Source: Candidatus Babeliales bacterium
GTDB lineage: Bacteria > Babelota > Babeliae > Babelales > UASB340
DNA length: 64,000 bases
NCBI GenBank assembly: GCA_041650475.1
Contig: JBAZLD010000005.1
Coordinates: forward strand, 623 to 64,622
Direction of reading: 5' to 3'
Below the pieces are notes generated by a model. It was not told where the DNA came from. It saw nothing but the letters and a program-made list of their open reading frames with translations, and did not search any database. A program made the translations under genes and the position numbers. Numbering within the stretch: position 1 is the first letter of the stretch; each line of letters opens with the position of its first letter. Shown here piece after piece: positions 35,512-44,125 of this stretch.

Positions 35512-38500
35512 ATGAAAAAAATATTTTTATTTTTTTTATTTTATTTTGCTTTGCTCGGCGCAAGAGACGAGATGGGAAGATGGTGCCTACTTGAAACATT
35601 AACAAATGAGAACCCCACCTATCCTATGAAGATGGATATACGGTGGAACGAGCTAGAAGATATAACCCAATCTTATGGATGGCGCTGGGGTGATCCATGG
35701 CCAAAAATATCTGGTGGCGATTTTATTCATGTGGGCCAGACAATTACAATTAAACCTAATGAATCATTAAATCTCCAAAATACCGTAATACCTCAAGTAG
35801 GCTCCAAAGGTCATCTTAGTGAAAAACGAATTCAACTTAAAGGCATTGGTGAACAAACAACAGAAGAGGGAGGACCAGAATATTTTGAAATTTCACCAGG
35901 CAAATTATTAAAATTAGACAGCTTACGAGGCAAGGCTTTTGCCTGGTTTGTACAGCCAATTTCAAATAGAGCCATCGCTTTTTGGGGACAAACTGAAGGA
36001 AAACTTGTAATAGCAATTGGGTCCAAAATGGGACCCAATTATTTAATTAAAATAATTTTAGGCCAAAAAAAATCAAAAATTATTACAAAAGAAGAAGAAG
36101 AGGCTGAACAAGCAATAACAGATAATAACGAAGCATTAATAAAATATGGTGATAAAGTTATAATACAAAATATTAAAACAGGAAAAATTTTAAGTTTTAA
36201 TCCCAATAAAAACTTAATTGAAAGCAGTACATATTCAGCAAATTTAGAAAAATTACCTAAAAACAAAGTTTGGGAAATAAATCAGACCTATAAACCATAT
36301 AAACAAGAAAAATCAGAAGATGATTTTTTAGAAAATGGCGAAACAATCGCCCTTTTTACAAACGACAAATATCTTAGCGGCAGATTTGGTGGTGCTATAA
36401 CTTTGGAACCTAAAACTTTAGCTTGGGAAAAATGGACAATACAAAAAATAGATTCATCAGATTCTCGTATAAAAAATGGAGATGAAATAATGCTTCTTTC
36501 TGCCCACGAAGCTTCATACTTAGTTTTAAATTCAAATGGGATCGCTGAAAATAGATGGCCAATGCACAATGATAATAATATTTGGAAAATAAGACTTGTA
36601 AAAACTCCCGAACAAAAAATTTACAAATCAAAATACCCACAAATCACTAAAGAAGAAAATTCTAAAGCAATGGCAACTACTGGTTTTGATGGAGTCTATT
36701 GGATAAGCATAATTGATAATTATGTATTTGTTGGTTCTGGATACAAGCCAGGAGAAAATTTATTTTTATTCAGAATTTTACCTAAAAAATTTGCCGGTCA
36801 AATGAATTATATAGGATTTGGATGCAGAAATAAGCCGGCTTTATATTCAAACATTTTATTGTCAGAACCTATAAATAAAATAATTCCAGAAGGCGAATAT
36901 GCTTCATTACCACCTATAGCGTTAACCGATAATTTTAAAATTCTTAAAGCACCATTAAGAATCCCTACAAAAGGCTCTATCTCCTTTGATGTAAAATCGC
37001 AAGGATCTATATCTGTAGGTTTTTTTAAAACCACAAATCCAGAGGATATAGAATACAAAATAGTAATAGGCAAAGACAACAACACAAGTATTGCAATTTA
37101 TGATAAAAATGATGAAAAAACATACTTATTCAAAAATTATCCTATTGAAAATGACATTTTATCATATAATAATTTTGATAATTTTATAGTCAGTATAAAT
37201 GATGGATTAATTACTGTATTTAAAAACGATGATCTACTTTTAGCCTGGCAAGATCCGCATCCAGCACAAAGTTATAAATATGTTGGATTAAGCTCAACGG
37301 ATGACCAAGCAAAAATAAGAAAAATAAGAATTTTAGATCCTGTTGAAATAGAAGCACAAAGAACAGAAAGAGCGTATAGAGAAAAAGCTAAAGATTACCA
37401 GTCACAAGACACTGTTCAATTAAAACTTGTAGCACCATACACGTATTGGTTAAGACAATCAGGTTTTAATTTAGAAATTGAAGACCCTGTATATAAAAAT
37501 AAAACATGGAAATTATCCCCTCCATTAGAAAAAATGGGAGAACACGCTTTTAAAGTAACAATTTCAAAATCTGGAAAGCCAGACATACAATATATGCGAG
37601 AAGCAGCTGGACATCCTTTGGAAAAAATATTAAATATAGGGGCTAACGTCCTTGGAAACACTGGAACTGCATTAGCCAATATACCTAACCCAAAAGTGCA
37701 AGCGGCAGGACTTATTACAGGTGTTGTTGGAGGAACATTAGAAAGTATTACTAAAGCTATTTTTGCTCCAATCAAGGGAATTTACACAGAAGAAGCAAGA
37801 ATCGCTCAAGCAGAAAGTTATGAATCTTCAACGGTTGTTAAAAATACTCAAGAAATAAAAAAAATACTTGAAGAATTTGATAAAATTAGAGATATCCGAT
37901 CTGAAACAGAATTAGAATATGGAATTGAATGGCACCATGAAATTTTAGATAAAATTATTAATCCTGATAATGCAACGTCAGATATAAAACAAAAAATTTT
38001 AAGAAATTTAGATACTTTAAAAAGCAAAGTAAATAAAATTTTAATTATAAGAACAAATGCAGATGCAGAATTATATAATAGTTTTATAAGTTTATTAATA
38101 AAAGCATATGATAATCTTTTTTTATTTGATAAAGAACAAAAACAAGATCTATACAATCAAATAAACGAATTAACTGTTAAATTATTTGATGCATTAAAAA
38201 CTACAAAATTAGAATTTATCAAACTTCCCCCATGTCACGGAGAATATATTTGGTATCCAGACTCATTTAAAACTCCTGATAAGGGAACAGTTTTTTTTAA
38301 AGCATCAGGTGATGATAATATAATATTAGGATTTTCTGACAAAAAAACTCAAGTTCGATATTTAGGGCGATCAAAAGAAATATACCAAATTATAATTGGT
38401 GGTTGGCAAAATAAAATAACTGCAATTTGCGCAGATTCTGACGCTTGGGCCATAGTAAACCATATATCAAGCAAAAAAAACCCTACCGCCATGGCACCTT

Positions 38501-38910
38501 TTACAGATTTTAGACAATATTGGATAAGTATAAATAATGGACACATAGTTTTTGGAATTATAGAAAATAATAAAGTAGAAAAAATATTAGAGTGGCAAGA
38601 TCCATATCCGCGAACAAGATTTAGATACGTGGGCTTTAGTAATTGGAACCATCCAATCAGATTAAAAGATATAATATTAAAAGACATAGCTTTTAATGAC
38701 CCAGATTTTATAAACGTAGCTGAAGAAATAGCAAGAACATCAAAAACAGAAATATCTAAAAAACCTAGAAGCGTTAGAAGACCGGTTGAAGTTGAAGAAA
38801 AAATTGAAGAAGAAAGTGACATACGTACTAAACAGAAAGAGCCAAAAGTAAAAACACAAGTCAAAACTAAAAAAATTTTAAGAAGAGAAAAACCTAAAGA
38901 AATCGAATAA
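35512..38910 (+). CDS. Giant secreted multidomain protein, paralog B
   Basis: 1132 aa. It starts 5 nt after the paralog A stop and is collinear with A along the whole length (e.g. KAMATTGFDGVYWISIIDNYVFVGSGYKPGENLF, GIYTEEAR, IIIGGWQNKITAICAD). Confidence 0.85.
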   Translation: MKKIFLFFLFYFALLGARDEMGRWCLLETLTNENPTYPMKMDIRWNELEDITQSYGWRWGDPWPKISGGDFIHVGQTITIKPNESLNLQNTVIPQVGSKGHLSEKRIQLKGIGEQTTEEGGPEYFEISPGKLLKLDSLRGKAFAWFVQPISNRAIAFWGQTEGKLVIAIGSKMGPNYLIKIILGQKKSKIITKEEEEAEQAITDNNEALIKYGDKVIIQNIKTGKILSFNPNKNLIESSTYSANLEKLPKNKVWEINQTYKPYKQEKSEDDFLENGETIALFTNDKYLSGRFGGAITLEPKTLAWEKWTIQKIDSSDSRIKNGDEIMLLSAHEASYLVLNSNGIAENRWPMHNDNNIWKIRLVKTPEQKIYKSKYPQITKEENSKAMATTGFDGVYWISIIDNYVFVGSGYKPGENLFLFRILPKKFAGQMNYIGFGCRNKPALYSNILLSEPINKIIPEGEYASLPPIALTDNFKILKAPLRIPTKGSISFDVKSQGSISVGFFKTTNPEDIEYKIVIGKDNNTSIAIYDKNDEKTYLFKNYPIENDILSYNNFDNFIVSINDGLITVFKNDDLLLAWQDPHPAQSYKYVGLSSTDDQAKIRKIRILDPVEIEAQRTERAYREKAKDYQSQDTVQLKLVAPYTYWLRQSGFNLEIEDPVYKNKTWKLSPPLEKMGEHAFKVTISKSGKPDIQYMREAAGHPLEKILNIGANVLGNTGTALANIPNPKVQAAGLITGVVGGTLESITKAIFAPIKGIYTEEARIAQAESYESSTVVKNTQEIKKILEEFDKIRDIRSETELEYGIEWHHEILDKIINPDNATSDIKQKILRNLDTLKSKVNKILIIRTNADAELYNSFISLLIKAYDNLFLFDKEQKQDLYNQINELTVKLFDALKTTKLEFIKLPPCHGEYIWYPDSFKTPDKGTVFFKASGDDNIILGFSDKKTQVRYLGRSKEIYQIIIGGWQNKITAICADSDAWAIVNHISSKKNPTAMAPFTDFRQYWISINNGHIVFGIIENNKVEKILEWQDPYPRTRFRYVGFSNWNHPIRLKDIILKDIAFNDPDFINVAEEIARTSKTEISKKPRSVRRPVEVEEKIEEESDIRTKQKEPKVKTQVKTKKILRREKPKEIE

Positions 38911-38929
38911 TTTTAGAAGGGAGAGTTTT

Positions 38930-40048
38930 ATGAGAAGAAAAATAATAATTTTTATGGGAGCAATAATTTATTTTGCTTTTATAAGCAATTTTTTATATAG
39001 CGAACAAACAAAAGAAGAACAAAAAATAGAAAAAGAGCCTACAAAAGTCCCTCTTAAACAAACTTATCCTATAAAACCTGCACCCCCCTTGCCTCCAAAA
39101 AGAAAACCGATTCCACCAGCTCCTTCAAAATGGCTTCCACCAGAACGGCCTAAACCTTTATCTGAAGAACAAATAAAAAAACTCAAAAATATAAGAGAAC
39201 TTAGAGAGCTTGAAAAAAAACTAAAAGGTATCCCTGAAGAAGTAAAGAAAAAACTTGAGGCCCAAAAACCTGGAAGATTTGAAAAATTAAAAGAACGATT
39301 TGAATTAGCAAAAGTCAAAGCTGGAGCTCAATTATCAGAAATATCTCAAGATGTAAAAAAAACTGTAAAATCTATTGTAGAGGATTTCAAAAAAGCTAAA
39401 GAAGAACGCTTTGGTTTAAAACGCAAACCCAAATTAGAAAAAATAGGCGAACCTACTGAAGTAAAAATTAAAAAATATTCAAAAGAAGAATTTGAAAAAG
39501 AATTTAGTCCAAAACCTAAAGCTATAAAAATTGGTGAGCCAACCGAAGTAAAAAAGGGAATAGGTTTTGAAGAATTAAGCAAAAAAAGACGCAAAGAACA
39601 AGAAGAAAAATTTTTAGAACATAAAATTTTAGAAGAATTGAAAAAAGAAGAGCAAGCTGCAAGTATACAAAAAAGAGAAACTCCGCCACCACTCCCACAA
39701 AAACCTCAACAAATAAGAGAACAAAGAGCATTGGAACATTTTTTAAGACAAGCACCTCCTGTAAGACCTGCACCGCTTCCACCTCAAGAAGAAGCAGAAG
39801 AATCTGGGTATCAACCAGAAGAACAAGCTCCATACACAAGTCCTGTAGTTCGCGAAGATTACGAACAACCTATAACTACACCTGTAACAACAATAGCCGA
39901 ACCCACTCAGGAACCTGTTCAAGCTCCAAAATTCTTGGAAAAATTACCAGAAAAGGTAGTTCCTGCACAAAAAAAACTTCCAAGCCGTTTTAGAGGGTAT
40001 CAAAGAGTAACCTCACCTGAACAATCTACAACAGTTCCAGAAGCATAA
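38930..40048 (+). CDS. Signal/anchor protein rich in Pro, Lys and Glu, with PxxP motifs
   Basis: 372 aa. GGGAG lies upstream. The N-terminal hydrophobic segment is IIIFMGAIIYFAFISNFLYS. It has PPLPPKRKP, PPPLPQKP and RPAPLPP motifs and a duplicated KIGEPTEVK unit. Confidence 0.75.
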   Translation: MRRKIIIFMGAIIYFAFISNFLYSEQTKEEQKIEKEPTKVPLKQTYPIKPAPPLPPKRKPIPPAPSKWLPPERPKPLSEEQIKKLKNIRELRELEKKLKGIPEEVKKKLEAQKPGRFEKLKERFELAKVKAGAQLSEISQDVKKTVKSIVEDFKKAKEERFGLKRKPKLEKIGEPTEVKIKKYSKEEFEKEFSPKPKAIKIGEPTEVKKGIGFEELSKKRRKEQEEKFLEHKILEELKKEEQAASIQKRETPPPLPQKPQQIREQRALEHFLRQAPPVRPAPLPPQEEAEESGYQPEEQAPYTSPVVREDYEQPITTPVTTIAEPTQEPVQAPKFLEKLPEKVVPAQKKLPSRFRGYQRVTSPEQSTTVPEA

Positions 40049-40077
40049 AAATTATTTTTTTAAAAAAGGGTAAAACT

Positions 40078-41190
40078 ATGAAAAATATAAAAATTTTTAG
40101 CTTTATATTATTAAGCAGCATATTTTATGCAAATTCTAATTTGCAAGCAGGGTTATTAGATAGATTTAAAGCATGGAGAGGCAAAAAAGCAGAGGAAAGT
40201 TCTACAAAAGCAAAAATCATAGCAGAAAGACTAGGGCGTAAAGCAGCAATGACTACAGATCCTAAAAAAAGTGAAAAACTCTTTAAAAAAGCACAAGGAG
40301 AATTCGAAAAGCAAAAAAAATATCAAGAAAAAGCTATAAAATTGGGTCGAGAATTTATCTCAGAAGAAATATTGCCATCGGTTCCAACTCAAGAAGAAAT
40401 TCAAAAGAAATATCAAAGAACATCTATAGCTTTGCAACAAAAGCCAAAAGTTGAAAAACATTGGTGGCAAAAATTTCATCCTATTAAAACTTTCAAAAAA
40501 TGGAATACTGAACGAAAGAAGGTAAATCAAGAAACACAAGAAAGAATGGGAGAAAGAAAAGAAGGTGTAAAAAAAGAAAAAGTTGCACAAGTAAAAGAAT
40601 TAGCAAAAACCATTTTGGGACAAGAGATAAAAGGTTCTTTTTATGCAAAAGAAAAAGATATTTTAAATAAACAAATATCTAAAAGCAGAGAAGCAATGAT
40701 TGAAGCCGCAAAAGCAAATGATGCCGAAAAATTTGAAGCCACACAAAAAGAATATTTAAAATTTTTTGATCAAGGACGAAGAATGTCTATTCGGGATAGA
40801 GCACAAAGCACAATCGAAGGTATCCAGAAGGGAGAATATAAAAAACCTATCTCTGATATAAAACAAGGTTTTAAAGAAGATATTTTAGTTACACAAGAAC
40901 AGATAAAAGAAGAAAAAGAAAAAATACAACAGCTTTGGAAAAATATTGAAAAAAAACAACCACAAGTAGGTGAGCCTGAGGGATTTAAAACAGAAATTAG
41001 TATTAAAGAACAAGAAGTCCAAAAACCTGCAGCTCAAATTCCAAGAAAAAAAACACCTGGACAACCACCGGTTGCACCTAAAAAAAGTTTAAAAGAAGAA
41101 TTAACTGAACAAAGAAGAAGTTTGAGAGTAGTTAAACCTATAGAACCAAAAGAAATTCAAGAACAGGAAGCGGCAGCACCTGCTGCATAA
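40078..41190 (+). CDS. Secreted Lys/Glu-rich protein (WW-basic motif family)
   Basis: 370 aa. Signal peptide MKNIKIFSFILLSSIFYANSNLQA. It has HWWQKF and VGEPEGF motifs shared with the 6775-8021 genes. Confidence 0.75.
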   Translation: MKNIKIFSFILLSSIFYANSNLQAGLLDRFKAWRGKKAEESSTKAKIIAERLGRKAAMTTDPKKSEKLFKKAQGEFEKQKKYQEKAIKLGREFISEEILPSVPTQEEIQKKYQRTSIALQQKPKVEKHWWQKFHPIKTFKKWNTERKKVNQETQERMGERKEGVKKEKVAQVKELAKTILGQEIKGSFYAKEKDILNKQISKSREAMIEAAKANDAEKFEATQKEYLKFFDQGRRMSIRDRAQSTIEGIQKGEYKKPISDIKQGFKEDILVTQEQIKEEKEKIQQLWKNIEKKQPQVGEPEGFKTEISIKEQEVQKPAAQIPRKKTPGQPPVAPKKSLKEELTEQRRSLRVVKPIEPKEIQEQEAAAPAA

Positions 41191-41206
41191 AAGTTATTTT
41201 GAAAGT

Positions 41207-41260
41207 AAAAAATTTGGACATTACGTATCGTAAATTTTGACACGTAATGTCCAAATTTTC
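41207..41260. terminator. Bidirectional intrinsic terminator
   Basis: aatttggacattacgt-(15-nt loop)-acgtaatgtccaaatt forms a 16-bp perfect stem flanked by A- and T-tracts. It lies between convergent genes. Confidence 0.75.
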
Positions 41261-41300
41261 AAGATTTAGAAATATTTGTTATTTTCTAAAGGTTATTAAC

Positions 41301-42359
41301 TTATTCTGCGCGCATTCTGCCGAATTTTTCCCTTCCTGTTGTCTCCCTGAGGTCTGCATATCTTGAGCTACTACGTAATCTTTCAGGTGACGGTCTATCA
41401 GTAGTTCTACGTCCTACCTGAGATTCAACCTCTTTAGATAAGATTTCTTTAGCATCGGTTAAGTATTGTAATGCAAGATCTATTTCTTCAGCAATATCAA
41501 CATTTCTGGGATTCAATATATCTTCTACCTCTAATAAATTTTTCATAATACTTTTTATTTTTTCAGCTTCTATTGCATAAGAATCTGGTCTTTGACCTCT
41601 TAATTTTTCGGTTTCATACGAATCAATGTCTTTTATAAGGTTTTGTACTATTTTTAATGATTTATTCATAGCAAGACGAGTAGTTACTTCTCCTTCCATT
41701 AATATACCATATGCTTTTTTTAAATTATCTATTATATATCCAGCATCATCTTTTTGTATGTAAATTACTTCTGGAATCTTAGTCTCCTCAATTTCAACTC
41801 TTCTAGTACCAGGAATTGTTCTTGTTGGTTCTCTTCTTGGTGTCCTATATTCATATTCATCTTCCTCTTCTTCGCCAGGTTTTGGTTTCAAACCAAGTTC
41901 TTTTCTTGTTTGTTTTTGGCCCTCTTTAATTTTATATCTTAAAGCTTTCTGGCCTGCTTTTATTTGTTCCTGTAAAGCCTCTCGTCCTATATCAGCAAAA
42001 CCTTTTGTAGTTTGAATAGCAGCTTTAGCTATCTCTTCAGCTATAGCACTTTTCGCAAATTGTCCTAACCCCTCTTTTACCCTTTGTCCAGTTGTTTTTG
42101 TTCCTTTTGGTGATTGGTATTGAGTTGTAGTAACAGTAGGTTCTTCGTAAGCTTTAGGTTCTTCGTATACCCTTGGATCGTCATATTGAGTTGTAACTGG
42201 TTGCGAATATTGAGTTTGAGTTGTTGGTGCAGCATATGTTGTTGTAGGTGCAGCCTTTGTTGTTGTAAGTACCTTTTTTTTAATTACTGCCAAAACTTGG
42301 CTGCTATTTGCAAAAAAACATGCAAATATAAATAAACTTAAAAACCTTAAGTTTTTCAT
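41301..42359 (-). CDS. Secreted hypothetical protein (Thr/Pro/Tyr-rich N-region, helical C-region)
   Basis: 352 aa. Signal peptide MKNLRFLSLFIFACFFANSSQVLA. GGGGGA lies upstream. Confidence 0.7.
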   Translation of the reverse strand: MKNLRFLSLFIFACFFANSSQVLAVIKKKVLTTTKAAPTTTYAAPTTQTQYSQPVTTQYDDPRVYEEPKAYEEPTVTTTQYQSPKGTKTTGQRVKEGLGQFAKSAIAEEIAKAAIQTTKGFADIGREALQEQIKAGQKALRYKIKEGQKQTRKELGLKPKPGEEEEDEYEYRTPRREPTRTIPGTRRVEIEETKIPEVIYIQKDDAGYIIDNLKKAYGILMEGEVTTRLAMNKSLKIVQNLIKDIDSYETEKLRGQRPDSYAIEAEKIKSIMKNLLEVEDILNPRNVDIAEEIDLALQYLTDAKEILSKEVESQVGRRTTDRPSPERLRSSSRYADLRETTGREKFGRMRAE

Positions 42360-42489
42360 AAAATCCCCCTTTCTAAATAGAGATTAAAAAAATTAAACAC
42401 AAAATTATAAAACTATTACAATTTCATAATAATAAAATTAATTTTCTATTTGCAATAGTTTGATGAAAAAATAAGAATTTTGAAATTTA

Positions 42490-42612
42490 CCCAGGGCACA
42501 CGCCCTGAGCTAACAGAAGTACCGCAGCACCTCAAAGCTTACGCTTTTGTTGCGCAGCTGACCACCTATTTGCAGCAAAGCAAATAAAATCAAACTTTGC
42601 TTAAGCAAAAAT
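42490..42612. repeat. Left arm: array of about four short hairpins
   Basis: The hairpins are cagggc-acac-gccctg, caaagc-ttac-gctttg, atttgc-agcaaa-gcaaat and tttgc-ttaa-gcaaa. Confidence 0.75.
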
Positions 42613-42616
42613 AAAA

Positions 42617-43072
42617 TTAATTATTAAATCTATTCTTATATCTATACTTAATACTATTTTTTTTAAGCATTAAAACATATTCTTCTTCACAATTCATAAT
42701 TTCGTGGTGTTTTTCCTGGTTTTGAATATAGTTTTTTATTTGCTCAATCTCTCTTCTTCCAACAGAAAAAATACTGTATCCATTTTGCCATCCGAAATTT
42801 TTATCAAAGCAATCACGAACGTATTTAGATGAGTTAGACTTGAGACACCTTATAATATCAGGAACATTTTCTCTAAAATCCGTTATTTGTAAAAGTATAT
42901 GTATATGATCTTGAGTACCTCCAATTTCTACTAAATGCCAATCTTTTTTTAAAGTTATTCCGTATATAAAATTATATAATTTTTTCTGAAAATCCTTTTT
43001 TATTAAATTTTCTTTATCTCTAGTTCCCCAAACAATATGAAAAAATATGTTTATATATGCATGATTAGACAT
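42617..43072 (-). CDS. Y1 (HUH) tyrosine transposase, IS200-like / REP-associated (RAYT) type
   Basis: 151 aa. It has FFHIVWGTRDK, the HUH motif DHIHILL, WQNGYSIFSVG and the C-terminal YIQNQEKHH block typical of this family. Confidence 0.85.
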   Translation of the reverse strand: MSNHAYINIFFHIVWGTRDKENLIKKDFQKKLYNFIYGITLKKDWHLVEIGGTQDHIHILLQITDFRENVPDIIRCLKSNSSKYVRDCFDKNFGWQNGYSIFSVGRREIEQIKNYIQNQEKHHEIMNCEEEYVLMLKKNSIKYRYKNRFNN

Positions 43073-43140
43073 TTATTCCCCCAAAATTAAACATAAATAA
43101 AATTATTAAACGCATATTTTAAATAAAAATTTATAATTAT

Positions 43141-43262
43141 CAAAGGATTAACTTTTGCGAAAGCAAAATTTGCTCTTAGCAAAAATCAGTCAGCTTCGAC
43201 AAAACAGTGTAACTGTTTGGTGAAGTGGCACTGTCGTTAGCTCAAAGCGTGTGCTTTGGGCC
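43141..43262. repeat. Right arm: inverted copy of the hairpin array
   Basis: The reverse complement reads cccaaagcacacgctttgagctaac..., which aligns with the left arm cccagggcacacgccctgagctaac.... The equivalent hairpins are caaagc-gtgt-gctttg, aacagt-...-actgtt, tttgct-...-agcaaa and ttttgc-...-gcaaaa. The arm ends 1 nt from the kdsA stop. Confidence 0.75.
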
Positions 43263-43263
43263 T

Positions 43264-44118
43264 TCAAGTCATCTCAGGCATTATTCGATTTTTTATCCAA
43301 GAATCCAATTCGATTAAATACTTTAATAAGATTTCTAATTGGCAAAGACGAATAGAATTAGGACCATCTGAAAAGGCTTGTTCAGGATTATCATGAACTT
43401 CTAAAAATAATCCAGCTATACCTTGTACGATGGCAGCAGCTGCCAAGTTAGGGACAAATTTTCTATCCCCTCCAGTCGAACAACCTTGACCGCCAGGCCT
43501 TTGAACAGAATGGGTGGCATCAAATACTATTGGATACCCGAAATTTTCCATAATCGGAAAATTTCGATAATCTACAACCAAATTATTATAACCGAACGTA
43601 TAACCACGTTCGCAAAGCCAGATATTTTGATTTCGCGTACTTTCTATTTTTTCTATTGCAGATTTCATATTTTCAGGTGCAAGAAATTGCCCTTTTTTAA
43701 CATGAATAATTTTGCCAGTTTTACCTGCCGCAATTAACAAATCTGTTTGCCGACATAAAAATGCAGGAATTTGTAAAACATCTGCAACTTGAGCAATACT
43801 CTCAACTTGCCAAGTTTCATGAACATCAGTAACTATTGGAAGCTCAAAATTTTTACGTATTTTTTCAAAAATTTTAAGACCTTGTTCAAAACCAACACCA
43901 CGTTTTCCTGAAATAGAGATTCTGTTTGCTTTATCAAAAGAACTTTTAAATATTAAGTTAAACTTTAACTTTTCAGATATTTTTTTTAGAAATTCGGCCA
44001 TTTTTAAAGCATGCTCTTCGCTTTCTATGCAACATGGCCCCATAATAAAAAAAATTGGATTTTTATTATCTTTAATATTTTTTAAATTATTAATTTTTGC
44101 TTCAAGATTTATTGGCAT
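43264..44118 (-). CDS. kdsA: 3-deoxy-D-manno-octulosonate 8-phosphate synthase
   Basis: 284 aa. It contains FKSSFDKANR, IQIPAFLCRQTDL, DATHSVQ and FLEVHDNPEQAFSDGPN, the KDO8P synthase blocks. Confidence 0.9.
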   Translation of the reverse strand: MPINLEAKINNLKNIKDNKNPIFFIMGPCCIESEEHALKMAEFLKKISEKLKFNLIFKSSFDKANRISISGKRGVGFEQGLKIFEKIRKNFELPIVTDVHETWQVESIAQVADVLQIPAFLCRQTDLLIAAGKTGKIIHVKKGQFLAPENMKSAIEKIESTRNQNIWLCERGYTFGYNNLVVDYRNFPIMENFGYPIVFDATHSVQRPGGQGCSTGGDRKFVPNLAAAAIVQGIAGLFLEVHDNPEQAFSDGPNSIRLCQLEILLKYLIELDSWIKNRIMPEMT

Positions 44119-44125
44119 GATCTAC

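Larger units (their letters stand above)
42490..43262 (-). mobile_element. IS200/RAYT-type Y1 transposase unit flanked by inverted hairpin-array arms (REPtron-like)
   Basis: The arms 42490-42612 and 43141-43262 are imperfect inverted repeats and are GC-richer than their surroundings. They bracket a single HUH/Y1 transposase gene. Confidence 0.7.

Noticed and set aside
35060-39839. Multiple 60-170-aa antisense or out-of-frame ORFs inside the giant paralogs and the Pro/Lys/Glu-rich genes (e.g. 35060-35359, 37416-37775, 38349-38864, 39522-39839)
   Set aside because: They mirror Lys/Glu-rich sense coding (antisense Phe/Leu/Ser runs). None has an RBS or an independent motif.
42480-42612. I considered whether the GC-rich arms (and 43141-43262, 21058-21100) could be tRNA or other small RNA genes
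   Set aside because: I could not fold a cloverleaf, and there is no GTTCGAATC-type T-loop or acceptor pairing. The inverted arrangement around a transposase gene explains the two arms better.
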